Of a stretch of DNA of 64,000 nt, positions 17,806 to 28,073 are shown piece by piece (position 1 is the stretch's first letter; the number at the start of each line of letters is the position of its first letter). The DNA comes from a virus: IMG/VR virus record IMGVR_UViG_3300042454_000021, positions 48,926 to 112,925 of that record; one strand, given 5' to 3'. Position numbers and translations under genes: made by a program. The notes under the pieces were generated by a model that was not told where the DNA came from, searched no databases, and saw only the letters and a list, made by a program, of their open reading frames with translations.

Positions 17806-18852
17806 TTATCCTTTTATGTTTACAATGCCACCATTTGAATAATTCTTACGAGATATATTCCATACGTCATTTTCAATAGCCCACTTAAGATCGTCTATTG
17901 TTTCTAATACGCCTGGATATTTATATCCTTTTAGATCAAATCCATCTCTAGCATTTGTCATGTCTTCTGTATCTAGTGTATAGATGAGAGGACTAAAATA
18001 GTTAGTGCTATCACAGACAATGAAGCTAGGATATTTAACTTTATATCCTGCATCTACTAAGTCTTGGAAATGAAAATGACCTGCATGCCAATACAAGAAT
18101 GCTTGGATGTAAGCTCTTCTATAAAGATAATATTCTTTATAGAAACCTTCAACACTCCAAGTACATTTTAAATCATAAATTTGTATTGTTTGTGTATGAT
18201 GATCTACAATAACTTTATCCATCATACTTTTAAATTTATGACCATGCACTTGATAGTTTTCTACCTGGAGCTGATTATGCACATCATATCTAGCTGTTTG
18301 ATCTTGATTAACTATAGATGCAGTGATAGGATTAGTCCTTAATTCTGTCACAATTCTTTCACAATTTGTGACATCATTAATGCTAACAACTGTCATGCCT
18401 TTTCTCCTAACCAACATAATCTCATCAAAATACGCCTCTGCTTCAGAGTCTATGAACTTCTTCATGACAGCTTCATACGTAATCTTGAATCCTGAATCTT
18501 TATACGCATCTTGTGCCACATCACTGAATTCACGAGTTATCTCTCCTGATTCATTTGTAGCTTCCTTCATATATTTATATAAAGCTTCTACAAAATCTAA
18601 CATTAATCCTGTTGGTACACTTTGACATGTAGATAGATAGAACTTCTCATCAAACAACTCTGGTTCCATAAGCTTAGTTTCTACTAACCTACCCATAGTT
18701 GCTGCCTTACTGTCCTCATCCTCCACTTTATCACCAAGTACATACTTACGATAATACTTCTTTCTGTCTTGTGAAAACTCTTTTAGACTAGAAGAGCTAT
18801 CCATTACGATAGCTCTATAACTTGCTTCTGTTTTAACTGATCCTTTAATCAT
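17806..18852 (-). CDS. PD-(D/E)XK exonuclease (RecE/exonuclease VIII-like)
   Basis: SSSLKEF, KSMMD...IYDLKCT, Y..QA..Y. Confidence 0.8.
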   Translation of the reverse strand: MIKGSVKTEASYRAIVMDSSSSLKEFSQDRKKYYRKYVLGDKVEDEDSKAATMGRLVETKLMEPELFDEKFYLSTCQSVPTGLMLDFVEALYKYMKEATNESGEITREFSDVAQDAYKDSGFKITYEAVMKKFIDSEAEAYFDEIMLVRRKGMTVVSINDVTNCERIVTELRTNPITASIVNQDQTARYDVHNQLQVENYQVHGHKFKSMMDKVIVDHHTQTIQIYDLKCTWSVEGFYKEYYLYRRAYIQAFLYWHAGHFHFQDLVDAGYKVKYPSFIVCDSTNYFSPLIYTLDTEDMTNARDGFDLKGYKYPGVLETIDDLKWAIENDVWNISRKNYSNGGIVNIKG

Positions 18853-19102
18853 TTTGTTTTTTGTTTTGTGATTCGTAATATGCTTCTACTATTTGGTCAT
18901 GCATTCCTCGTACCTCTACAGGAACACGTTTAAACCACCACTTAACTTCTACTTCGTATTCTCTACCCTGCTCATCTAATCCTCTAGGATTAACTAGCCA
19001 GAAGTTATACGTTTTACCATTAAACTCTACAGATCCTTCATACCATATCTCTGTGAATGAAGAATTCTTATTGATCGATACTGTTGCTTGTATTTCTCCC
19101 AT
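18845..19102 (-). CDS. Hypothetical protein
   Basis: Coupled ORF. Confidence 0.6.
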   Translation of the reverse strand: MGEIQATVSINKNSSFTEIWYEGSVEFNGKTYNFWLVNPRGLDEQGREYEVEVKWWFKRVPVEVRGMHDQIVEAYYESQNKKQND

Positions 19103-19353
19103 TATAGTTCGCTTATCTTTTTAGTTGGATTCCATAGGTAAGCAAACAATTCATACTGACGTCCTGAATCTGTCTTACCAACTATTTCATTTTGTAACTG
19201 ATGTGGTGTCAAGATCATAACATCTTCTTTATGAATAATTATAAAGTCTTCACCTAACTTATAACATTTCCTAACCTCATCTGAAGTTAAGTCTGCCCAT
19301 TGTACTTTAGAGTCCATTTCTGGCTTGTACAACTTTTGTAGCTCCTTTTGCAT
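19102..19353 (-). CDS. Hypothetical protein (start uncertain)
   Basis: Coupled ORF. Confidence 0.55.
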   Translation of the reverse strand: MQKELQKLYKPEMDSKVQWADLTSDEVRKCYKLGEDFIIIHKEDVMILTPHQLQNEIVGKTDSGRQYELFAYLWNPTKKISEL

Positions 19354-19747
19354 CTTTTTCTGATTTTGTTTTAGCATTGTGACATGTTTCACATAATACC
19401 TGTAGATTATCTACTTCACAAAACAGCCTCTCAATAAAATCAGGCAGGTCTTGTGCAGAATTAAGACTTCCTGCTGGGCAAATATGATCCACATTAATCT
19501 TCTTATCAGGAAACCAATTCTTACATTGATTACACTGGTATTCAAACTTCTGTCTCTTCAAAGGCCCTTTGTATAGGCGCTTTGCTTTAGCTTTAGCTTC
19601 AGAGATAGGTTTCCACCATCTTGACTTCTGTCTTAGTGCACTTCTAATGAAGGACCAAAACGCTGATTCTGTCAAAGTACCAGAGTTCCTTGTTTTAGGA
19701 ACCCTGGATCTTTTTACTGGTATCTTTTTTACTATTCTCTTAGCCAT
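19307..19747 (-). CDS. HNH endonuclease
   Basis: CNQC...VDHI...NLQVLCETCHN.KT. Confidence 0.85.
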   Translation of the reverse strand: MAKRIVKKIPVKRSRVPKTRNSGTLTESAFWSFIRSALRQKSRWWKPISEAKAKAKRLYKGPLKRQKFEYQCNQCKNWFPDKKINVDHICPAGSLNSAQDLPDFIERLFCEVDNLQVLCETCHNAKTKSEKDAKGATKVVQARNGL

Positions 19748-19766
19748 GTTATTGTGTTGTAAGTTA

Positions 19767-19774
19767 CAAAGCTA
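19767..19774 (-). promoter_or_regulatory. Bacteroidota-type -7 box TAGCTTTG
   Basis: About 20 nt upstream of the HNH start codon. Confidence 0.45.
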
Positions 19775-21304
19775 CACAATAACTACTCTTCCTCCAATAA
19801 CTTGCTTCATTTCATCAAGACTAGCAATGATGTTATCTACAGTTTTAGGATTGATAGTAGGGAAATTAAAGTTGTACTTCTTAGCCTCAGCTGCGAATCC
19901 TTCTTTAACTTTCTCTGCTAAGTTATCAAGCTCCTGGATAGCATAGGCGTCATCCAACTGCATAGTATCAAAGTCTAGATCATGCAATATAGATGTAGCC
20001 TCCTCACGTGGTACAGTCATGATTGGTAGATACTCATAACATCTACCTTTGTGCTCACCAATGCCCACAACCTTCATAGGATTGATTAACACTAACATAG
20101 ACTGATCACCACATCCTACATAGTGAATCTGATCTGCTGTAAAGTGTAAACCTGCTGCTGCACAATCTTGTGTAGACCAGTTACACTCTTCCATAGGCAT
20201 CTTTACAGGAACGCCTACACGAATGTCAAACGTCTTAGTCCAGTCGTCTGTGAAACGATTCTCTGCACGATTAGGGAGATCAAGATATAAATCTGTCAAG
20301 TTACCAATTCTCTCACCATGATCTACAGTCCATGTATTAGTGTGCTCATACTCATCTACCTCTCCTGATCCACCACATTGCTCACATTCTAGCCATCTGT
20401 CATCATCAAAATCATAGAATTCACGATCTTCATCATCAGCATCCCAACCACCTTCTCCTAGACAATCTGGACATGTTGTAGTTTTATGAGTTTCCTCTTT
20501 AAAATAGTCATCATGATGTACAAGTTTGTACTCACCATTTTGTAAGAATACGCCATAATTATCAGGGCTCTTCTTCCACACAGCTTTCACCTTGTTGTAG
20601 CTATTGCTAATAAAGTGTACAAGCTCTGCACCACCATGCAATGTAACTACATTACGTAATGCAACAAAGAAACCTTGCTTAGTGATTCTAAAGCTGTTGT
20701 CTTTTAAGAATCGAAATAACTCATCAGCTACCTCAGCACGTGGATTTAAACAACACCACATCCAGAAACGCTTTAAGCCTTCCCAACGCTCATTAACTTC
20801 GTCATCATTCCAATCTTCTTGAAACAAGATGATGAATTCCTCAATCAATAACTGAGGCATGCTGCGATCAATACCTGTCATATACAAAGCACCATCACGC
20901 TCTTCAAACTCATCTTCTGCAAAATCGATTAAACTCTTGATACCTGCTGATAATGATTCATTGCGCTTAACTTCTTCTTCAAACTTACGTTTCTCTTCTA
21001 GTCCTTCTTTAGAACTACATACAGTGAATAGCTCCATTTCAGTTTTTGAGTTACGAGCACGATTGAAATCATCAATTGTAGCAGGATATTTACTAACGAT
21101 GTTACCATCATTAAGAATAATAGTTAATACGTCATTTACAAACTTGATGTTTGAATATGGCTTAAGAAGAATTGTACTACTAGTATCGCTAGATGTAGTA
21201 GTAAGAGTGTACCCAGGAGCTGTTGTTTCTTTCAACAACATCTCTGCTAATTTTGTGTCTCTATCAATAAGAGACTTGAAAAACTCTAAACTTGCATTGT
21301 TCAT
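19772..21304 (-). CDS. rIIB: rIIB-like protein with an inserted CxxCxGxG zinc finger
   Basis: FW..C.LNP, LF.FL, IT..G.FVA.R, C..GLH and KGRCYEY motifs; adjacent to rIIA. Confidence 0.8.
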   Translation of the reverse strand: MNNASLEFFKSLIDRDTKLAEMLLKETTAPGYTLTTTSSDTSSTILLKPYSNIKFVNDVLTIILNDGNIVSKYPATIDDFNRARNSKTEMELFTVCSSKEGLEEKRKFEEEVKRNESLSAGIKSLIDFAEDEFEERDGALYMTGIDRSMPQLLIEEFIILFQEDWNDDEVNERWEGLKRFWMWCCLNPRAEVADELFRFLKDNSFRITKQGFFVALRNVVTLHGGAELVHFISNSYNKVKAVWKKSPDNYGVFLQNGEYKLVHHDDYFKEETHKTTTCPDCLGEGGWDADDEDREFYDFDDDRWLECEQCGGSGEVDEYEHTNTWTVDHGERIGNLTDLYLDLPNRAENRFTDDWTKTFDIRVGVPVKMPMEECNWSTQDCAAAGLHFTADQIHYVGCGDQSMLVLINPMKVVGIGEHKGRCYEYLPIMTVPREEATSILHDLDFDTMQLDDAYAIQELDNLAEKVKEGFAAEAKKYNFNFPTINPKTVDNIIASLDEMKQVIGGRVVIV

Positions 21305-21321
21305 TTTGTGATTGTTTTAGT

Positions 21322-21365
21322 GTAGAATCTGTCACAAATATACAACATATTTGTGACAAATCTAC
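21322..21365. repeat. Long inverted repeat overlapping a TATATTTG box
   Basis: tgtcacaaatat-acaac-atatttgtgaca with a gtaga/tctac extension. Confidence 0.7.
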
Positions 21366-21400
21366 GTGAAATTTTTGATATAACTAATTGATAATCAAGT

Positions 21401-23752
21401 TCATGCAGCCTCTTCTAGCTCGCTAACCTCTTTTTTTTCAACAAGACGATAGTTAGATAGATTCATTCGCATATTCTTGTAACGACACATGTCTTTCATG
21501 ACATCTAATAAACCTTTATAATCAAAAGCATTTCCATAACTACCATGCATTTTGTTACATAACTTCTTCATGAAAGGATGTTTAGAAAAGAGTTTATCTG
21601 TACGATTGAGTTTAGTAAACATCTCTAAGTCATAAAGATTATGCTTAGAGGCATATTCATCAAGCTTAAGATCAGTATTAGTTTCTTTAGCCCATGTATG
21701 AATCATCTTCTCTTGATAATTATATAGATCATCAAGATCTTTCTTTAAACCTGAGTTAACTTCATCTAATACATTACGAACATCAAACACTCTAGTGTAT
21801 AATCCTTTAAACATGAAGATTAACTTAGCTGTCATCATTCTCTTGAATGGTTTGTTATGACCTTTTAAGAATGTAGCTAGAGGCATAAAGTTGTGAAGAT
21901 TGTATATCTCTAACACTTTAATCTCTCTATCAGACATGATGACAAACTTTACCTCATTCTCTACTTTCTTAAACATTCCAAATAGATGATCAAGAGATGA
22001 GCGCTCTTCTTCTTTAGCATAAACAGTGAGCATCTTTCTTTTATGAAGAGTTTTACCATCATACACTGTAGGAACAAACTTAGCATTAGTTCCTGTCTCT
22101 CTTTCTGGAGCTGTTGCTTGCTTAACATTAACGTCACCCTTCTCCTTTATTCTACCATTCTTGGCAGCTTTAGGTTTAGGCTTGTGGTTCTTAGCTTTGT
22201 CAGCAACAATCCATGCTTCAGGAATATCAATAGTATCAAGATCTATAAAGTTATCTGTAACCTTCTTAATACAGGTTTGGAATTCAGTTATCACCTCTCT
22301 CCATTGTGACTTAGGATAGTTATATAACTTTAACAAGTCATGATAACAACGCATGTCTGGATTAGAATAATGAGTAGTTGTTGCCCAACCTTTATCTTTA
22401 GAAAACAATGTAAAAGGATGAGACTTCTTAAGAAACTTTGCAGACTTCTTAGCCCATAGTTCTTTGATGTAACGACGTTTGCGATCACCAAATATTCCTG
22501 TGAATATAACAATCTTATCAGCTCTATGTAAAGATGTGAAAGTTACATCTGAATCCCATCTACTACGAGACTCAGATATTCTAGCCCTGTAATTACTTAG
22601 CTCATATTTACATTCATATTCATTAAGCATATAGTCTCTTATTTTATAAAGACTTTCTGCTGTAAAATACTTACATCCTATTAATGTAGGCGTACGTGCT
22701 GGTATTGTAGCATGCTTTAGTATTTCAGATATCTCCCACTTATCACCATTGTGATCTGTAATGTGTCTAAATCCAGTAGAGAAATGATCCACCACTGCAC
22801 GTACGTCATCTGTATCAGCAATAGTTTCATTATACTTAGTCATGAACTCATTAGCCAGGGTTGTAATCTTACTCTTGATGAGTTGCTTAGCTTCCTGAGT
22901 GTATCTTAACGATTCTCTATTTGGCGTAGGAAACAATCCATCTGTAAGACTAAACCTTAATCCTATTCTAGAATGATAAATTCTACTAATACCAAGCTTA
23001 TCAAAGTCTAATGGATAATATACATTGTCTAGACATACGTGCATTTCATGATCAGGACATACGTCTGAGATTTGATAGTGCTCACTTCTATAGATGTTGA
23101 ATGTATTGCTCATATCAGGAACATCAAAATAAACATTCTCAAAATAAGCAAGCTGTTCCTTAATCTTCTTCTTGAATTCATAGGCATCAGTCCACTTAAC
23201 AGGAATGATAATCTTAACACCATTACCTTCAGAAGTTGCACTATCAGACAACAAGTCAATCGAGTTGACTTCTTCTCCTTCATACATCATATACTTACGC
23301 TCTCTTCCATCTTTACGTGCAATGAAATAGAAGCTAGAAGCATATGCAAGAGGGGCTTTGAAACCAAGGCCCATCATACCAAGCTCTGTGGTAGAGTTAC
23401 GCTTTGTGCTCTTACCATACTTGCTAATGATGTTCTCTACATCATCAGCATCTAAACCAATACCAAAATCCTCAACAGAGAATTCATAGCTATTATTAGT
23501 AGACTTAAAGCTAACAATAATAGGATGATTGTCCTTACCTGCTCTACGATGAGAGTCTAGTGCATTACTAGCACACTCTCTAACAGTTGAACCAATTGCG
23601 TCTGCATATAGGTTCTTACTTAACATCTGCATCAAAACCTGTGCACTGTCAAGATCTAACGACATACCAATAGTACCTTGTGTACTACCAACTTCTTGTA
23701 TTAACGATTGTGTTTGTTTTTCTAAGATCATATCTCTACTTTTTCTAGCCAA
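21401..23752 (-). CDS. rIIA: rIIA-like protein (GHKL ATPase)
   Basis: RE..SNALDSH, DFGIGL, STK, G.MGLGFK, PNRESLRY. Confidence 0.88.
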   Translation of the reverse strand: MARKSRDMILEKQTQSLIQEVGSTQGTIGMSLDLDSAQVLMQMLSKNLYADAIGSTVRECASNALDSHRRAGKDNHPIIVSFKSTNNSYEFSVEDFGIGLDADDVENIISKYGKSTKRNSTTELGMMGLGFKAPLAYASSFYFIARKDGRERKYMMYEGEEVNSIDLLSDSATSEGNGVKIIIPVKWTDAYEFKKKIKEQLAYFENVYFDVPDMSNTFNIYRSEHYQISDVCPDHEMHVCLDNVYYPLDFDKLGISRIYHSRIGLRFSLTDGLFPTPNRESLRYTQEAKQLIKSKITTLANEFMTKYNETIADTDDVRAVVDHFSTGFRHITDHNGDKWEISEILKHATIPARTPTLIGCKYFTAESLYKIRDYMLNEYECKYELSNYRARISESRSRWDSDVTFTSLHRADKIVIFTGIFGDRKRRYIKELWAKKSAKFLKKSHPFTLFSKDKGWATTTHYSNPDMRCYHDLLKLYNYPKSQWREVITEFQTCIKKVTDNFIDLDTIDIPEAWIVADKAKNHKPKPKAAKNGRIKEKGDVNVKQATAPERETGTNAKFVPTVYDGKTLHKRKMLTVYAKEEERSSLDHLFGMFKKVENEVKFVIMSDREIKVLEIYNLHNFMPLATFLKGHNKPFKRMMTAKLIFMFKGLYTRVFDVRNVLDEVNSGLKKDLDDLYNYQEKMIHTWAKETNTDLKLDEYASKHNLYDLEMFTKLNRTDKLFSKHPFMKKLCNKMHGSYGNAFDYKGLLDVMKDMCRYKNMRMNLSNYRLVEKKEVSELEEAA

Positions 23753-24444
23753 TCAATTTTATACCCATTGGTTTCTTTGATTAGCGTGTTGATTTTTGTG
23801 AATACTCCTTCTGTGTCCCAATGACTATTCCTGTAAGAAGCTGATGCTGGATGACTCACCTCAAAATGAAATGTAAATGGTGAGACATATCTTTTAAGCT
23901 TACCTGCTTCTTTACCAAAGAACACTATTGGTATACCTGTAAATGAAAACACTTCCTCTAACAGATATTGCATAAATGGTTCCCATATCTTTAGATGAGA
24001 TCCTGCTTTATGAATTTCTGTAGTGAGAGCTGCGTTACATAATAACACTCCTTGCTTAGCTAGGAATGTTAAATCTGGGTTTCTATCTCTATCCATACGA
24101 AACCCACCATACACTTCTCTTTCTATGCCTTGATATAATTGAAACAAGCTTGGTTGTAACGAATTAGTTACAGAACAACTCATCATCAATCCATCAGCCA
24201 CTGGTTGTCCACTTACCATTGTGTGATAAGGACATAAACCTATGAGAATAACTTTAACATCTTGAAAGCGTGTTTCTTTAAAACATCTCCAAACATTCTG
24301 AGAGAGAGGAGCAATCATCTTGCCCCTCTTACTATCAGCTTTTAGTTGTTCGTAGATTTTATCACACGCCTCGCTCTCTATGAAAGGCTTCATCTTAGGA
24401 TGCCAGCTTTCATGAAATAAATCTTTAAACTTTTCCCAATTCAT
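23728..24444 (-). CDS. ung: Uracil-DNA glycosylase family 1-like protein with an altered catalytic motif
   Basis: VKVILIGLCPYH, QGVLLCNAALT, GSH..IWEPF, HPAS. Confidence 0.85.
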   Translation of the reverse strand: MNWEKFKDLFHESWHPKMKPFIESEACDKIYEQLKADSKRGKMIAPLSQNVWRCFKETRFQDVKVILIGLCPYHTMVSGQPVADGLMMSCSVTNSLQPSLFQLYQGIEREVYGGFRMDRDRNPDLTFLAKQGVLLCNAALTTEIHKAGSHLKIWEPFMQYLLEEVFSFTGIPIVFFGKEAGKLKRYVSPFTFHFEVSHPASASYRNSHWDTEGVFTKINTLIKETNGYKIDWLEKVEI

Positions 24445-25229
24445 TATAATGATAGTTCTAATTGTCTATATTCTACTTGTGGTACACTGATGATAGCTGG
24501 TCTCTGACTAGCTACTAGTTCACCTTGAGCGTTTACAAAGAAATCATGAGCACTCATATGATCACTCATCCATGTTGCTGGATGTAGTTCTTTCATTGAA
24601 TGCGTTGTGTGTTGATACAAATCCCACAGTGTGCCTTCTACACCATAATCATAAGAAGGTTTAACTATCTCCTTACGAATGATGTTAAGCTGCATTGTGC
24701 TAATGATTTGTTCTTCTACCACCATACGTCCTAATAGCTCACCTTGCTGACGCTTAGTAAGTTCTACTTGTTTCATCATCTCACGTTGAATCTGAATCTC
24801 TCTAAAAGCATCACCTGCGCTCTTGATGTATTCAGTGATGGCTGATGGTGTAAACTCTTGAATAGAGCCCTTATGAGCTTTCTTGAATGTACCCATGTCA
24901 CCAGACACTACACCATTAGAACATATCATGATGTTTACACCAATAGCAAACTTCAAACTAACCTGACGATTATAACTGTTCTGCCATCCAATCTGGATTT
25001 GCATCTCACTATCCATAATATTAGATAGTGTAAACTTACCTGTGGCCACTTGGCCATCAGCTGCAAGCGTATATGCTTCCTTACCTAATGTAAAGCCTGC
25101 ACCATCAATAGCTGCTAGTGTAAGATCAATTAATTGTGCATTGCTTACAGGTTTGTAAGTTGCTGTTTGTGCTGGCACTGGTACATCTGTTACTAAGTGC
25201 TTCAAGCTTGTGTAATCTGTTCTTTTCAT
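24444..25229 (-). CDS. DUF932-like protein
   Basis: NSY.......F..G...ICSNG and TLWDLYQ..T motifs. Confidence 0.7.
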   Translation of the reverse strand: MKRTDYTSLKHLVTDVPVPAQTATYKPVSNAQLIDLTLAAIDGAGFTLGKEAYTLAADGQVATGKFTLSNIMDSEMQIQIGWQNSYNRQVSLKFAIGVNIMICSNGVVSGDMGTFKKAHKGSIQEFTPSAITEYIKSAGDAFREIQIQREMMKQVELTKRQQGELLGRMVVEEQIISTMQLNIIRKEIVKPSYDYGVEGTLWDLYQHTTHSMKELHPATWMSDHMSAHDFFVNAQGELVASQRPAIISVPQVEYRQLELSL

Positions 25230-25408
25230 GATTGTGATATCTTAAGTTTAAATCCAAAAAATCTGTTTAATATTCCTTCTAGGTTTTCTATACCTATACA
25301 TTCTATAGAGTCTCCTTCTGTAGTCTCTAACCATTCTGTCTCTTGTTGTATCTCATACACAAGATCTTCTACAGCTGCTGCTAATTCTTCTACGTCTTCT
25401 ACGTTCAT
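25226..25408 (-). CDS. Hypothetical acidic protein
   Basis: Coupled ORF. Confidence 0.5.
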   Translation of the reverse strand: MNVEDVEELAAAVEDLVYEIQQETEWLETTEGDSIECIGIENLEGILNRFFGFKLKISQS

Positions 25409-26418
25409 AGTAGTTGTTTTTCTTTTAGATAATTTTCGATTGTTTGCATACCATGGACTCTTGCTAGATCAGCCCAATCCTTAATGCCCTCAGATAAATA
25501 CTTCCTAGGTACATTACAATAATCAAAGTCAAATATCTTGGTGATCTGTTGTGAATTCTCTACGCCTGTTACGTCGCTATCAAAACTAAGAATCTGACTA
25601 GCAGAATTACTCTTGATATATTCAACGTTCTCAGGAGAGAAACAACCTAGTCCCTCGTTCTGTACAGCACAGCTACATGGAAAGAGTTTCTTCATCACCA
25701 TATAATCCTTCTTTGATTTGTTGATAAATGCTACATCGCATTGTTTGATGTCATCTTTACCATCCATCGCAGTTATGGGTACATTGTTTGGTACCCATTT
25801 ACTCTTCTTATCCTTAGCGTGTGGACGATATATCTTCCATTTATCATCATACAAATAACCAAACCTTAGCTCACTAAGAGGAGCTGGGAATAGTTGTTTG
25901 TTAAGATAAACCTTAGATATACTATAAACATTATTTGCTTTCAGGTCATCAAGACTTTGATGATACTGATTCCAATAGGCCAATTCATCATTAGTGAATG
26001 CTTTTACAACCACTTGAATGTTAGAATATGCTTTGACAGCACGTACTGGTTGGATGTATTGTGAGACAATACGTTTGTATTGTTCTGTATTGGTTTCTCT
26101 GGAGAATCCTAGTCCAAAGTCTCTATCAATTAGTGCTAAGACTTCTTTTAAATCTTTAAGATTAAAAGACATTTTAACAAAATCAAAACAAGAACCTCTC
26201 TTACTAGTATCTGCAAAATCAATAAACGTTAATCTTCCTTGCTTATTTCCAATCATGAATGATGGATTACGCTCGTTTCTAAATGGAGAAAACGTCACAA
26301 CATTTGGCTCCCAATCAGTATTGGGCATATAATATTTAAATATGTCATACTCTGTTATCTTCTCGAGTATCTTTTCTGGCGTAAGGAAAGAAGGTTTTAA
26401 TCTTCCTGTTATTCCCAT
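25405..26418 (-). CDS. DNA primase (crAss-type TOPRIM)
   Basis: SPFR.E.NPSF, DF...G.CFDFV, KS.KD.MV, FDSD.TG, KDWAD. Confidence 0.8.
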   Translation of the reverse strand: MGITGRLKPSFLTPEKILEKITEYDIFKYYMPNTDWEPNVVTFSPFRNERNPSFMIGNKQGRLTFIDFADTSKRGSCFDFVKMSFNLKDLKEVLALIDRDFGLGFSRETNTEQYKRIVSQYIQPVRAVKAYSNIQVVVKAFTNDELAYWNQYHQSLDDLKANNVYSISKVYLNKQLFPAPLSELRFGYLYDDKWKIYRPHAKDKKSKWVPNNVPITAMDGKDDIKQCDVAFINKSKKDYMVMKKLFPCSCAVQNEGLGCFSPENVEYIKSNSASQILSFDSDVTGVENSQQITKIFDFDYCNVPRKYLSEGIKDWADLARVHGMQTIENYLKEKQLL

Positions 26419-26436
26419 TTAATTTGTTTAGTTTAG

Positions 26437-26470
26437 AAAAGAAAGCCCAATCTAAGATAGACTGGGCTTT
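26437..26470 (-). terminator. Intrinsic terminator
   Basis: aaagccca..tgggcttt stem plus a U tract. Confidence 0.7.
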
Positions 26471-26498
26471 ACTATAAAAATTATGTATAAAATGAATC

Positions 26499-27356
26499 TT
26501 AATAATCTGCATCATCAGTTGCAATCACTTTGTCTGACTCTACTAAATTTGAATCAGGGTCATAATCATGTAACTCTTTGAATGTATAATAGTCTTTACA
26601 ACCATACTCACCTGTTACATTAACAACGAAACGCTCATGCATCTTTAACTCAGCAGACTTTCTGAATGCTAGTCCACGCACTACATCAGGATTGTTGTAA
26701 TCAATCAAACGCATGCTTCTAATAGAATAGCCTGGAAAGAATGATTTAACAAAGATGTTTTGAAATGATTTAGGACCATCTCCTTTATCACTAGTTTTAA
26801 CTGTAGCTAATGCACCAACAGTTTGTGTAAACTCACCATCAATTTGATCTTTCAAATCAGATAGATTATTTTTCATAACCTTATCCCAATTCAAGAATAT
26901 CTCAGTTTCTGGATCAGAAAAGTCAAGACCACCTAACCATATACGTACAAATCCTAAAAATTCTTCCTCACCTATATGTGCTACGCGTTTATCACGCTTA
27001 ACAAACCAACTAGGAAGAGTTTCTTCACTACTAGCCCAGCTACACACACCAATGTTATTGATGTATTGTTTCTTTGTGCCATCCTTATTAACTTTCTCAC
27101 CATGTTCTAACCAGAACGTAGCATTGGTTTTAAAGTCACTGTTTACATCTTGTAACCATACATTAACGCGTAACTTCTTTGCAACGTCATCATAATAATT
27201 AGTTGCCTTACTGTCCTCTTTCAAATCAATCCCTAAGATTTCTTTGTACTCTTGTGCAGTTGGATTGATAGCGATTACTTTCGCTTCAAATATACCAACC
27301 TTCTTTACAAAATCTCCACCTTGTGGGATTTCTCTCTTTGATCCACCTATTGCCAT
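26499..27356 (-). CDS. Putative ssDNA-binding replication protein
   Basis: Lies between the AAA_24 gene and primase; acidic/aromatic C-terminus (DDADY). Confidence 0.5.
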   Translation of the reverse strand: MAIGGSKREIPQGGDFVKKVGIFEAKVIAINPTAQEYKEILGIDLKEDSKATNYYDDVAKKLRVNVWLQDVNSDFKTNATFWLEHGEKVNKDGTKKQYINNIGVCSWASSEETLPSWFVKRDKRVAHIGEEEFLGFVRIWLGGLDFSDPETEIFLNWDKVMKNNLSDLKDQIDGEFTQTVGALATVKTSDKGDGPKSFQNIFVKSFFPGYSIRSMRLIDYNNPDVVRGLAFRKSAELKMHERFVVNVTGEYGCKDYYTFKELHDYDPDSNLVESDKVIATDDADY

Positions 27357-27364
27357 GTTTCTAG

Positions 27365-28036
27365 TTATTTATAATATTCGTCAATTGTATCTGCAACTTG
27401 TTGTAAATTATTAGGAATCTTGATGTCTGCAAACATACCATCAGGAGTCTTGGCAGGGAACTTTCTAAACCTATTGGTTACAAAGTTATACGTACAAGTG
27501 CCATCTTTGTTCTCTTCTACATAAGTGTAGAGACACATAGTTAATAGGCCCTCTAATAAGATTTGATTGTCAATCAGCTTGCCTGCTGTCTTGATTTTGT
27601 ATCCTATAATCTCTCCACCTTCTTCAATAGTTTCTGGGTGAGTGAAATAGAACACTTTCAAATCGTCACGTAGTTTACGAGCTTCTTGAAACAAGGCCAC
27701 CATATCTCTAGCCATGATGCTAAATTTAGTGAACCCAACTTCTGTTGCTCGTGACACAATGTTAAAACCCATGATGTAGTTTGAATCCTCAATCACGATG
27801 TTCTTAATGTGTGGTGCTTTCTGAGAAATGTTTTGTAACAATCGAGTGATCTCAACTGCGTCATCAACTTCTCTGTAGTTCTTCTTCTCTGCATTATACA
27901 AAGATTCAGAACCTTTAAAAGGTAATTCCTTTTTCGCTACATTGATAATGTAGGTTTCTTCTGGATTTAGGTGCTTAATCGATGTCGATTTGCCAGTTCC
28001 AGTGGATCCAACGATCCCAATCAGTTTACTTGCCAT
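27365..28036 (-). CDS. AAA_24 / Sak4-like ATPase
   Basis: GSTGTGKST, IVIED, AKTPDGMF..I.N.L. Confidence 0.85.
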   Translation of the reverse strand: MASKLIGIVGSTGTGKSTSIKHLNPEETYIINVAKKELPFKGSESLYNAEKKNYREVDDAVEITRLLQNISQKAPHIKNIVIEDSNYIMGFNIVSRATEVGFTKFSIMARDMVALFQEARKLRDDLKVFYFTHPETIEEGGEIIGYKIKTAGKLIDNQILLEGLLTMCLYTYVEENKDGTCTYNFVTNRFRKFPAKTPDGMFADIKIPNNLQQVADTIDEYYK

Positions 28037-28073
28037 GTTTAATTTATTTAGTTAATTTACTTACTCTAAGTTA

